From IMG/VR virus record IMGVR_UViG_3300008448_000002, positions 64,001 to 128,000 of that record: a stretch of DNA of 64,000 nucleotides; one strand, 5' to 3'. Origin of the DNA: a virus. Within the stretch, counting starts at the first letter, position 1, and each line of letters begins with the position of its first letter. A model generated the notes under the pieces. It was not told the DNA's origin and did no database searches. It saw only the letters and a program-made list of their open reading frames with translations. Below, piece after piece: positions 35,476 through 44,537 of this stretch. Both the position numbers and the translations under genes were made by a program.

Positions 35476-38400
35476 ATGACCCAATTGCGCTCGAAGCAAA
35501 TAAAATTAGTTAGCAGAGGTGATATAATTGTTGGTAATAATTCTGCTATTGGTTCTATATTAGCTCTTGGAACTAATGGACAAATATTAAAATCTAATGG
35601 AACATCACTGATATATGCTACTAATAATGCTAGTGGAGTTACAAATGATAGTTCGGTAACAGGTATAACTGTAGCCGATGCCCTCAATAGTTTACGCACA
35701 TCTATCTTATCACTCGGTGGTGGTGGAGGAGGCGGGGGAGGAGCATCTATAGCTAGTCTAATAACAAACGATAGTAGTTTATTTGGAACAACAGTAAAAG
35801 ATGCTTTGAATGGATTGGCTTATTATCCAGAGGTTCATGGTGCTATTGGTGATGGTGTTGCCGATGATACAACGGCACTACAAGCATGGCTTAATGCCGC
35901 GAAGACAAATCCCGTTAATTTACAATTAAGACGGGGAAAAACATACCGAGTAACAAACATTTTAGATTGCGTTGACCAATATGGCTTATCAATTAATGGT
36001 AACTTTGCGACAATATTTTTTGACTGTTATGGTGCTGGGTCTTTTGGATTGTTTAAAGTAAGAAGAACAACAAAACAGGCAATCACGGCGCAAGATGGTA
36101 TATTAGGCTCAACTAGAAACCTAAACCAATACATAAGTATTAAAAATCTTAGAATAGAAGGACCATGGAGATATGGTGATTCTTATTTGGCATACAGTAC
36201 AGTTGCCACTGCGCCCGATGGATTGTTAAGAAGTGGCGGAGGAAACGCAACTTTTGGTAGAAATCTTTTTACAAAAACAACATTGAATGAATATACAACA
36301 GGCACGGCAACATTCACTAATGGTAGTAATATTGTTTCTGGAACAGATACACAATGGTTGGCGAATGTTCGGGCAGGTGACAGAATTAGACCAGAATTAA
36401 GTTCTGTTTTTGGCACGGTTAGTTCCGTGATAGATAATACAACAATACAATTAACTTCACCTTATAGTGGCACGTCAACCGCATCAGTAGTTTATAGAGC
36501 GGGATTAAAACCAATGTATAACACAGGAAGAGTTGCTGTTGTACCAGGAACAAGAAAAGTTTATGGATATGGTACTAATTTTACAACAGCGGGATTACAA
36601 GTTGGTGACGCTTTCTTTTTCAACCAACGGTTTAGAAGATACAAAATAGCAAGTATTGACAGTGCCACACAACTTACGCTTGATAGAGATTATTATGATT
36701 TTGCCGACCAATATATTTATAATACAGGAACAATAACAGCAACAAATGGTTCAACTTCTATTATTGGAGTTGGTAATGAGTTTGTTGCCAATTTAGTTGG
36801 GTCTGTAGTTCAATTTATTGGTGATAGTACATATTATACAATTGCTAGTTTTCAAAATAGTTCCTCTATGACGCTAGATAGAGCATATTCTGGAACAACA
36901 GGTTCTAAATCTTATAATATAATATATACGCGAGATTACAGTGTTGGTAAACCATATGAAATACAACGACTATATCAATATACTAGTGCTGGTGGAAATA
37001 ATAGATTTGTTCCTAAAGGTACATCATCAAATGTTAGACTTATTCCAACAGATGGTACATCGGCACAATATAGTTTTGTAAGAAATACTAATTTCGTGGG
37101 GAATATATTTAGAAAAACTCCTACTTCTAATTCCGATGTACCATTAGATATAGACGATGTTATTTGGAATAGTGCCTTTACTTATCTTGTGGTAGGAGGT
37201 GGAATAGCACTAAAGCCACCGACATCCAATTCTAACTTTTATCAGGTTGACAACCCAACGAATGTTAATAACTGTTCAGTTACGAATGGTTCAACAAACG
37301 TAACGGGCACTGGATTTAACTCACTCGCAGCAACAGGCTGGATTGTATTCAATGATGAATATGATTTTTATGGATATACAAGAGTAAGTAACACACAAAT
37401 TACTTTAAGTAAAAACTACACAGGAACAACAAGAACAACTGCTACTGGAAGATTTGGACCAGTATGTTATCTGTGTCTGGGTGATGCTCCTTCATTTGGT
37501 ACTGATATTATAGGGTTAGGTTCGGCAAAACATATTTATTTAGATAATTTATATCTAAAAGGAGGGGGTGATGTTGGTATCAAAGATTGTAGAAACACAC
37601 AGTATCCCCCAGAAGGCGAAACATCGTTTGCGTTAGAATCCCATCAACATATTTTTATAAGTAATACAGTAATTGATGAATGTTTTTCTGCCCACTCAAT
37701 GACACCAGCAGGTGGAACACAATTACACTTTAATAAAATTATTGTAAAGTGTAATAGAAGTTTCAAAGTGGCAAACCAATCTTTGGATGCTGGAAAGGTA
37801 ACAATTTCTCAGATGGATATAACAATTTATGATTTTGCCGCAGGTTTAGAATTATATAGTATTAATGATTTAACGGCGGGACAAATAAATATATCAGCTC
37901 CATATGGCGGTTATGCTGGGATTGATATAGCAAACAACGACAGTGGTGCTTTATCAGACATGAGTGGTATTCATGTAACTACCACGAATATAACGGGTTT
38001 TTACTATCCTGTGAGATTTTTGGCATTAGTTGGTAAGAAAATAAAAAATGTACATTTAGATTTTAATGCCACGGATTATGTGGCAAGTTGTTATGTTAAT
38101 TCATTGGGTGGAACAGAAACAATTGAAAATTGTTCTGTTACCATAAGAGGTTCACAACCAAGAGTTGGTGGATATGTAGCAAACTTTCAATTAGCACCAA
38201 TCAAAAGTTCTACTTTTGATTTCACACAAGTAGAGGGAATAAATCCTCTCGGTACAACCTTATGGACGTTTGTAAGTGGAACTGATGATGGAAAAAATAA
38301 GTTTATTATTCCCGTTGATGGTATTCCAGTAATCCCCACAACTGGTATCAATATTAAAGGCACAAGATTGGTAAGTAGAAACGCAGGGGCAGGTGAACCA

Positions 38401-38580
38401 GATGAAGTTAGATGTCTAGTTGGTGGAACTCCTGGAACATGGGAATACAGGGGAGGCATGGGAATTGGATTAATACCATTATCTGCTTTCCCAACATGGG
38501 CACCAGAATCATCCGCTATATTAAGAAATGATGGAATATATCAAAAACGCACGGGAACATGGGTAAAGATTTCCACATAA
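35476..38580 (+). CDS. Second tail fibre/spike with a beta-helix; same N-terminal anchor as 31503-35375
   Basis: HGAIGDGVADDTTALQA motif; repeats TGTATFTNGS..V.G.GT.F. Confidence 0.8.
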   Translation: MTQLRSKQIKLVSRGDIIVGNNSAIGSILALGTNGQILKSNGTSLIYATNNASGVTNDSSVTGITVADALNSLRTSILSLGGGGGGGGGASIASLITNDSSLFGTTVKDALNGLAYYPEVHGAIGDGVADDTTALQAWLNAAKTNPVNLQLRRGKTYRVTNILDCVDQYGLSINGNFATIFFDCYGAGSFGLFKVRRTTKQAITAQDGILGSTRNLNQYISIKNLRIEGPWRYGDSYLAYSTVATAPDGLLRSGGGNATFGRNLFTKTTLNEYTTGTATFTNGSNIVSGTDTQWLANVRAGDRIRPELSSVFGTVSSVIDNTTIQLTSPYSGTSTASVVYRAGLKPMYNTGRVAVVPGTRKVYGYGTNFTTAGLQVGDAFFFNQRFRRYKIASIDSATQLTLDRDYYDFADQYIYNTGTITATNGSTSIIGVGNEFVANLVGSVVQFIGDSTYYTIASFQNSSSMTLDRAYSGTTGSKSYNIIYTRDYSVGKPYEIQRLYQYTSAGGNNRFVPKGTSSNVRLIPTDGTSAQYSFVRNTNFVGNIFRKTPTSNSDVPLDIDDVIWNSAFTYLVVGGGIALKPPTSNSNFYQVDNPTNVNNCSVTNGSTNVTGTGFNSLAATGWIVFNDEYDFYGYTRVSNTQITLSKNYTGTTRTTATGRFGPVCYLCLGDAPSFGTDIIGLGSAKHIYLDNLYLKGGGDVGIKDCRNTQYPPEGETSFALESHQHIFISNTVIDECFSAHSMTPAGGTQLHFNKIIVKCNRSFKVANQSLDAGKVTISQMDITIYDFAAGLELYSINDLTAGQINISAPYGGYAGIDIANNDSGALSDMSGIHVTTTNITGFYYPVRFLALVGKKIKNVHLDFNATDYVASCYVNSLGGTETIENCSVTIRGSQPRVGGYVANFQLAPIKSSTFDFTQVEGINPLGTTLWTFVSGTDDGKNKFIIPVDGIPVIPTTGINIKGTRLVSRNAGAGEPDEVRCLVGGTPGTWEYRGGMGIGLIPLSAFPTWAPESSAILRNDGIYQKRTGTWVKIST

Positions 38581-38589
38581 AAGGAGTAT

Positions 38590-38982
38590 ATGAAACAAAA
38601 CAATAATATAGAATCAAAATTACAAAAGTATTGGAGACCAATAGTTGCATATACATACATTATTATATGTATATTCGATTTTATTCTTATGCCTATGTGG
38701 TATGAAATATCAAATACTACTGTAAATATAAGAGATTCCGTTGATTTATCGTTAAAATATTCTCCTGAATATCAAGAAAGAGTGTTAGTTGATTTAACCA
38801 CAAAAAGAGTTTGGAAACCATTAACCTTAGATACAGCGGGAACATTTCACTTAGCATTTGGTGCTATATTAGGTGCGGCGGCATATACTAGAGGTAGAGA
38901 AAAACAAGAAAGAATTAGAAGTGGTGGAAAAAACTATTATGGTTCAAACTCAAGACCTGATAATCCTGATGATGAATGTTAA
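38590..38982 (+). CDS. Holin (3TM/GTA-holin-like)
   Basis: WRP..AY.YI.ICIFDF, W.PLTL...G.FHLAFGAILG.AAYTRG.EK. Confidence 0.8.
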   Translation: MKQNNNIESKLQKYWRPIVAYTYIIICIFDFILMPMWYEISNTTVNIRDSVDLSLKYSPEYQERVLVDLTTKRVWKPLTLDTAGTFHLAFGAILGAAAYTRGREKQERIRSGGKNYYGSNSRPDNPDDEC

Positions 38983-39036
38983 TTTATTGACTATTTAAAT
39001 AAATAATGTTATCATGATTGAAATTATGGAATAATC

Positions 39037-40395
39037 ATGAACATCTTAGATAGTATTGTAAATGTAATCAATCAATTAGAAAGTACAGCTTCAAGATTGA
39101 AAAAAGAAGAAATATTAAAAAATGTCTTTATTTCTAAAAACTATGAGTTTTTTAATCTTTTAAACAAATGTTATTCTCCGTTAGTAACATATAATGTACA
39201 AAAAGTTCCTGCTATTGAGGAAGATAACACAGAAGAAAACGATTATACTTTTACATTAGAAGATTTCTATAAACTATTGGAATTGTTAGAAACAAGAAAA
39301 GTTACTGGTAATGATTTAAGAGATTTAATTAATACATCCGCTTTGGCATGTAATACGACTTATTGGAATACTATCTATAGAAGAATACTACTAAAAGATT
39401 TAAAATGCGGGATTACCAATGTTACAGTAAATAATGTACTTAAACAACTCGCTAAAACAAATGAAAAAGCCAATGACTATATTATTCCCGTTTTTGGCTG
39501 TCAACTTGCCTCCGATTCTGAAAAACACTTAAAGAAACTAAAGGGAAACTATTATCTTGACCCTAAATTGGATGGTGTTAGATTATTATCGGTATTAAAT
39601 GGCAATCTTGTAGAGCAATTTACCAGAAATGGTAAAGAAAATGGTAATTTTATTGATATTAAGAATAGTTTAAGTAAATTACTACCACATTTAAAAGAAC
39701 CTATTGTATTAGACGGTGAAGTGGTATCCTCTTCTTTTCAAGAATTAATGACACAGATGAACAGAAAAGGTGAAATTGATACATCATCTGCTAAGTTGGC
39801 ACTATTCGATGTAATTTCTTTAGATGACTTTAATAAGGGCATATCAGTAAAACCACAATATGTAAGGCATGGTGAATTATGCGCGTTGATGTCATTAATA
39901 CAAGATTTGAAAATAAACAATATCTTTGTTGTTCCAAAATTAAAAATAAACTTTGATACAAAAGAAGGATATGAAAGTTACATTAATTTTAATAAAGAAT
40001 GTATTGATGCTGGTTATGAAGGAATCATGATTAAATCATATGATGGAATATATGAATCAAAAAGAAGTTCTTGTTGGTTAAAGCAGAAACCTTTTATCGA
40101 ACTTACATTGAAGATTATTGATATTATTGAGGGTACTGGAAAATATCAAGGAATGATGGGTAACATCGTTTGTACTGGAACTGATGATACTGGAAAAATA
40201 CTTGAAGTTGATGTTGGCGGAGGATTTTCTGATATTGAAAGAAGTGACTTTTGGGATAATAAAGAAAAGTATATTGACTTTATGGTTGAAATTAGGGCGG
40301 ATGCTATTACCAAGGCACAAAATTCGGAAACATATAGTTTAAGATTCCCCCGATACAAGGGACTTCGTGGTACAGAAAAGAATGAAAAAATATGA
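39037..40395 (+). CDS. lig: ATP-dependent DNA ligase
   Basis: KLDGVR motif I, LDGEV, EGIMIK, WLKQK, LRFPRY. Confidence 0.95.
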   Translation: MNILDSIVNVINQLESTASRLKKEEILKNVFISKNYEFFNLLNKCYSPLVTYNVQKVPAIEEDNTEENDYTFTLEDFYKLLELLETRKVTGNDLRDLINTSALACNTTYWNTIYRRILLKDLKCGITNVTVNNVLKQLAKTNEKANDYIIPVFGCQLASDSEKHLKKLKGNYYLDPKLDGVRLLSVLNGNLVEQFTRNGKENGNFIDIKNSLSKLLPHLKEPIVLDGEVVSSSFQELMTQMNRKGEIDTSSAKLALFDVISLDDFNKGISVKPQYVRHGELCALMSLIQDLKINNIFVVPKLKINFDTKEGYESYINFNKECIDAGYEGIMIKSYDGIYESKRSSCWLKQKPFIELTLKIIDIIEGTGKYQGMMGNIVCTGTDDTGKILEVDVGGGFSDIERSDFWDNKEKYIDFMVEIRADAITKAQNSETYSLRFPRYKGLRGTEKNEKI

Positions 40396-40562
40396 TTGAC
40401 ATTAAATCAATTAACTTTATTCAAAATGATATTTTGTTTGAGGTAAATATCATTAATCATAATAACATCAAGGTTAAGAAGAAACTATTTAAAAATTGGA
40501 ATGATGCCCATAAATACTATAGTTTATTAGTAAAAAGATTATTACATGAAATTAATCGTTGA
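40392..40562 (+). CDS. 56-aa hypothetical protein
   Basis: Manual translation MIDIKSINFIQNDILFEVNI...; ATGA overlap with the ligase gene. Confidence 0.45.
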   Translation: MIDIKSINFIQNDILFEVNIINHNNIKVKKKLFKNWNDAHKYYSLLVKRLLHEINR

Positions 40563-40600
40563 CAAAGTATAAATAATAAACTATAGTAATATTATCTTAT

Positions 40601-40672
40601 TGCGCCGTGGAGCAGTGGTAGCTTGTCTGGCTCATAACCAGAAGGTCGTTGGTTCAAATCCAACCGGCGCAT
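40601..40672 (+). tRNA. tRNA-Met(CAT), initiator-like, no encoded CCA
   Basis: Acceptor TGCGCCG/CGGCGCA, anticodon arm TCTGG-CTCATAA-CCAGA, A11-U24 pair, T-loop TTCAAAT. Promoter TTGACA-17-TATAGT at 40559. Confidence 0.9.
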
Positions 40673-40688
40673 CTCTTACAATAAATGT

Positions 40689-40764
40689 CAGGAATTAGCT
40701 CAGTTAGTAGAGTGCTGGTCTTGGATACCAGAGGCCGGAGGGGCAGAGCCTCCATTCCTGACCA
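40689..40764 (+). tRNA. tRNA-Pro(TGG) with a non-canonical T-loop (GGCAGAG) and A37
   Basis: C1-G72, A73, CCA. Anticodon arm CTGGT-CTTGGAT-ACCAG; T-stem GGAGG/CCTCC. Confidence 0.8.
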
Positions 40765-40784
40765 TTAATCTATAGGAAATTACA

Positions 40785-41960
40785 ATGTCTACTTTTGAAG
40801 TATTAGTACAAAAAATTGATGATGTACAAGAGCATCCTAACGCCGATAGACTATCTATTGTCAAAATTAAGGGATACACTTGTATTGCCAATAAATTTGA
40901 CGATGGTTCACCTAGATATAAAACAGGTGACTTAGTAGTTTACATTCCAGAAGCGGCAGTATTACCCGAATGGTTGCTAAAGAAAATGGGATTTTGGAAA
41001 GATGATAAAGGAACATTGGCTGGTTCTAGTGGAAATCGTGTTAAGGCAATGAAATTGCGCGGAATTTTCTCATTAGGTGTATTATACCCACTTGACCTTA
41101 AACCAATTATTGCTATTGGAGTAACAGATGGTCATCCCCTACATCAACTCTACGAGTGTGAGATTAAGAATGAAACAAATACTTCAATTACAGTACACGA
41201 AAATCAAAATGTAGCAGAATATCTAGGAATTGTAAAATATGAAGTACCAGTGCCAGCGCATCTTTCAGGAGAAGTTTGTAACCTTTTTGGATACACAGTA
41301 AAGTATGACATTGAGAATATCCAAAAATACCCAGATGTATTCACAACGGAAGATGATGTTTATGTAACAGAAAAGTTACATGGAACAATGGCTTGTATTG
41401 CCTACAACAAGGAATTAGATAATCCTGAATTACTCGAAGGAAAATACTTTGCTTACTCTAAAGGATTAGGAGGAAACAACGGACTTGTATTCAAGAACAA
41501 CGAGAAAAATCAGCATGTTGTATATCAAAAAGCATTATTAGAAAATATTGATGCTTTGAAGAAACTTGTTGATTTATACAATGATTCAGTATATGTCTTT
41601 GGTGAAATCTTTGGCAAGGGTATTCAAGATTTGTCATATGGACTTGATAAACCAACATTTAGAGTATTCGATGTCTACGTTGGTAATCCATCACAAGGAA
41701 GATGGTTAAATTATCAAGATATGGTTAATGTAAATAATATCATTGCCACCGTACCTACACTGTACACGGGTAAGTTTGATAAAGAAGTCATTGAAAAACT
41801 TAGAGATGAAAAGTCTGTGTTATCACCCAATCAAATTAAAGAAGGTGTGGTTATCAGACGATTGATTGAAAAAAGTAACTATACTATTGGTCGGTCTATT
41901 CTTAAAGATGTTTCACCAAACTATCTATTAAGAAAAGGCGATGTAACAGAATATAATTAA
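40785..41960 (+). CDS. RNA ligase (DRB0094/Rnl2-like) with an N-terminal OB-fold
   Basis: HPNADRL, GDLVVYIPE, TEKLHGT motif I, VFGEIFGKGIQ, FDV, KEGVVI, LKDVSPNYLL. Confidence 0.9.
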   Translation: MSTFEVLVQKIDDVQEHPNADRLSIVKIKGYTCIANKFDDGSPRYKTGDLVVYIPEAAVLPEWLLKKMGFWKDDKGTLAGSSGNRVKAMKLRGIFSLGVLYPLDLKPIIAIGVTDGHPLHQLYECEIKNETNTSITVHENQNVAEYLGIVKYEVPVPAHLSGEVCNLFGYTVKYDIENIQKYPDVFTTEDDVYVTEKLHGTMACIAYNKELDNPELLEGKYFAYSKGLGGNNGLVFKNNEKNQHVVYQKALLENIDALKKLVDLYNDSVYVFGEIFGKGIQDLSYGLDKPTFRVFDVYVGNPSQGRWLNYQDMVNVNNIIATVPTLYTGKFDKEVIEKLRDEKSVLSPNQIKEGVVIRRLIEKSNYTIGRSILKDVSPNYLLRKGDVTEYN

Positions 41961-41972
41961 AGGATTAAATAA

Positions 41973-42263
41973 ATGTACATCAAAGCACGAAAAAAACAAA
42001 TTGTTAAAGAAGTAGACAATGGATTGTATGGAGTTTTTGAATCAGGAAAAAACTTTTATTCTTGTACGCTAGAAACTAATAAAACAATTTCATCTGATTT
42101 CAATAAAGTAAAAATAACATGTTTGAAAATGAATTTAGTTGAATTGAATAATCATTTAATATACCTTAATGATGTTATGAATAAACTAATAACCGAAACT
42201 AACGAAGAAATACATAAAATTAATGCCAAACTGAAAAAGTTACAACTTGAATGTCAACCGTAA
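41973..42263 (+). CDS. Hypothetical protein
   Basis: ORF track; SD AAGGA. Confidence 0.6.
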   Translation: MYIKARKKQIVKEVDNGLYGVFESGKNFYSCTLETNKTISSDFNKVKITCLKMNLVELNNHLIYLNDVMNKLITETNEEIHKINAKLKKLQLECQP

Positions 42264-42275
42264 AGGATTAAAGAA

Positions 42276-42467
42276 ATGAGTAATGAAGTAGGGTCGTTTT
42301 TGATGGGCGCATTGTTTGGAGTATGCGCGTTACTAGTAATTGGTAGTAAAGTTCATCAATCAACTCTGGCAGACAAAGACTTATACAGGTTTTGTCTTTA
42401 TAACAAAATAGATTTGCCCAACTGTAAATTACCCCCAAAACCATTGGATGCTAATGAGAAAAAATAA
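42276..42467 (+). CDS. Small membrane protein
   Basis: N-terminal hydrophobic helix; SD AAGGA. Confidence 0.6.
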   Translation: MSNEVGSFLMGALFGVCALLVIGSKVHQSTLADKDLYRFCLYNKIDLPNCKLPPKPLDANEKK

Positions 42468-42639
42468 CATACCTAAAGATTCACTAGATAATGCCTATCG
42501 GATGTTTTTTGAGGATAAAGGTATCAAAAGACTTTATGAAATATTTAATTCCACTAGTAAGCCAATACCACCAGACATCGCTAATCTAATTGAAAAGTAT
42601 AAAGAGAAAAATAATGAAAAGATACGCACTATTAGGTAG
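42454..42639 (+). CDS. Hypothetical protein
   Basis: ORF track (start 42448 or 42454). Confidence 0.5.
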   Translation: MRKNNIPKDSLDNAYRMFFEDKGIKRLYEIFNSTSKPIPPDIANLIEKYKEKNNEKIRTIR

Positions 42640-43282
42640 CATTAAAAATACACAGAAGTCATTATCTCCTTTTATTCATAATACATGGATGAAACATTAT
42701 GGTATTGATGGTGAATATGTAATCTTTCCTTGGGACGACATTGCCGATACGCATACGGCACAAGCAGAATTAGGACGTATACCAAAACTGCGTGGATTTA
42801 ATATAACAACACCCTATAAAAACAGATATGGCGGAAATACATTTGTTATCAATAGATTTTCCGGTGATAAGGTGTTTGATACTGATACATATGGTTTTAG
42901 AATGGCGTTTTTACAATACGATGTTGAAGCCAGAAAATCGCGGTATGTTGCGATTCTGGGCGATGGATTTATTGCCAAGAAGATACAAAGTTATCTAAAA
43001 ACAATAGATATAGATTGTGTTATGTTTTCTCGTGCCAATTTAGAGATACTGAAATTATCTGATATCTCACTTCCAAATGATGTATTTCAAATAAACGCAA
43101 CATCTAGTGATTTTGAAATACCCAATGGCATTAGTGTAAACTATGATAAAGATACGAAAGTCGATGATTTCTCAATACAAATGTTAATACATCAAGCAGC
43201 AGCAACATTTAAATACTGGCATGGATTTTTACCAGACACTACGTTAATGGAAAATGCTTTGAAAAAACATCTATCACAATAA
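42614..43282 (+). CDS. aroE: Shikimate dehydrogenase (AroE)-like protein, shortened
   Basis: SLSPFIHN.W, GFNITTPYK, NT, DTDTYGF, ILGDG, INATS, MLIHQAA..F..WHG. Probable start MKRYALLG at 42614. Confidence 0.8.
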   Translation: MKRYALLGSIKNTQKSLSPFIHNTWMKHYGIDGEYVIFPWDDIADTHTAQAELGRIPKLRGFNITTPYKNRYGGNTFVINRFSGDKVFDTDTYGFRMAFLQYDVEARKSRYVAILGDGFIAKKIQSYLKTIDIDCVMFSRANLEILKLSDISLPNDVFQINATSSDFEIPNGISVNYDKDTKVDDFSIQMLIHQAAATFKYWHGFLPDTTLMENALKKHLSQ

Positions 43283-43343
43283 AAATAACTATTGACAAAC
43301 CTTTTGATTGTGATAAATAGAATAAACGAAAGGAATTAAAATA

Positions 43344-43661
43344 ATGGCTGAGAAAATTAAATGGAAAGCTGGGGAAATGGACCAGTTCACGGGTAAATTT
43401 GGACAGACATGGCCAGTAGGATGGGTAGATGGTCGTGACGTTTTTCGCATAAAATGTGATACCGATTATTATCAACGCAAAGAAGGGCATAAGCCATTAA
43501 AATTAAAAGCAACAATTTTGGCACAGACCGATGAAGAAAAAAAGAAAAAAGGTAAATATGTATCGGTTACTTTTAGTAAAGAATTTAAAACAATAGACGA
43601 ACTTAAAAAAGCCGCACAAAAATTGTTCGATGACCATACTGAAAAGTTTATCGAACAATAA
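43344..43661 (+). CDS. Hypothetical protein
   Basis: ORF track; own promoter and SD AAGGA. Confidence 0.65.
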   Translation: MAEKIKWKAGEMDQFTGKFGQTWPVGWVDGRDVFRIKCDTDYYQRKEGHKPLKLKATILAQTDEEKKKKGKYVSVTFSKEFKTIDELKKAAQKLFDDHTEKFIEQ

Positions 43662-43678
43662 ATATTTTAAAATAACTA

Positions 43679-43731
43679 TTGACAAAGTAAAAATTTGTGT
43701 TATTGTACTTATATCGAAGGGGAATTATCTT
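43679..43731 (+). promoter_or_regulatory. Early sigma70 promoter with conserved leader (copy 3)
   Basis: TTGACA-N16-TATTGT...ATCGAAGGGGAATTATCTT. Confidence 0.7.
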
Positions 43732-43753
43732 CTAAAATATAAAGGAATATACC

Positions 43754-44035
43754 ATGACTGAACAAGAAACAAAAGATTATCTAAAATCACATGGTTGGGT
43801 ATCAGATAAGTATGATGCTTTCTATAAAGAGTTTGAAATAATCAATGGGGTATCAGAAGCATCTTTACGATTAATTGATGGAAAAATTACAATTCCAAGC
43901 TATTATAGTGAAGGAAGAAACATTTTATTAACTTGTGATGGTGCTACAAATAATCATGATGTTGTAAAAACATTACAAGATATTTATGATAAAATTGATG
44001 CCTCATATGCGAGAAAATTGTTTTTGACTAAATAG
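43754..44035 (+). CDS. Hypothetical protein
   Basis: ORF track; SD AAGGA. Confidence 0.65.
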   Translation: MTEQETKDYLKSHGWVSDKYDAFYKEFEIINGVSEASLRLIDGKITIPSYYSEGRNILLTCDGATNNHDVVKTLQDIYDKIDASYARKLFLTK

Positions 44036-44040
44036 TAAAC

Positions 44041-44116
44041 CTTCCCATAGACTAGCGGTTTAGGTCGCCATCCTTTCACGATGGAAGCACCAGTTCAAAT
44101 CTGGTTGAGAAGACCA
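44041..44116 (+). tRNA. tRNA-Glu(TTC)
   Basis: Anticodon arm CCATC-CTTTCAC-GATGG; T-arm ACCAG-TTCAAAT-CTGGT; CCA; one acceptor mismatch. Confidence 0.85.
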
Positions 44117-44127
44117 TTCTTATAAAT

Positions 44128-44215
44128 GCCCTCGTGGCGGAATCGGTAGACGCAACAGACTTAAAATCTGTCGGGATTTATTCCCGTACCCGTTCAAGTC
44201 GGGTCGAGGGCACCA
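44128..44215 (+). tRNA. tRNA-Leu(TAA)
   Basis: GCCCTCG/CGAGGGC acceptor; ACAGA-CTTAAAA-TCTGT; long variable arm; CCA. Confidence 0.95.
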
Positions 44216-44228
44216 TTCCTAATATATT

Positions 44229-44304
44229 GCCCAGATAGCTCAGTTGGTAGAGCACGAGTTTGAAGAACTCGGTGTGATTGGTTCGATTCCAATTCTGGGC
44301 ACCA
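44229..44304 (+). tRNA. tRNA-Phe(GAA), G37
   Basis: GCCCAGA/TCTGGGC acceptor; CGAGT-TTGAAGA-ACTCG; TTCGATT; CCA. Confidence 0.92.
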
Positions 44305-44361
44305 TTCTTATAATTTATATTGACTAAATAATATGATTATAGTATGATTAATAAATATATT

Positions 44362-44435
44362 GCCCTTATAGTTAAAAGGTATAACAAGAGTTTTGTAAAC
44401 TTTAGTTATCAGTTCGATTCTGGTTGGGGGCACCA
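44362..44435 (+). tRNA. tRNA-Thr(TGT)
   Basis: GCCCTTA/TGGGGGC acceptor; AGAGT-TTTGTAA-ACTTT; TTCGATT; CCA. Confidence 0.88.
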
Positions 44436-44443
44436 TTTTTTAA

Positions 44444-44531
44444 GGGTGGTTATCCCAATAGAGGGTTGGAACGGGCTGTAAACCCGTTGTCTGTATGGAC
44501 TCCGAAGGCGCAACTCCTTCGCCACCCACCA
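44444..44531 (+). tRNA. tRNA-Tyr(GTA) with a non-canonical T-loop (CGCAACT)
   Basis: GGGTGGT/GCCACCC acceptor; ACGGG-CTGTAAA-CCCGT; long variable arm; T-stem GAAGG/CCTTC; CCA. Confidence 0.85.
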
Positions 44532-44537
44532 TTTCAT

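Noticed and set aside
40700-40891. Minus-strand 63-aa ORF
   Set aside because: It is antisense to tRNA-Pro and the RNA ligase gene, so it is a shadow ORF.
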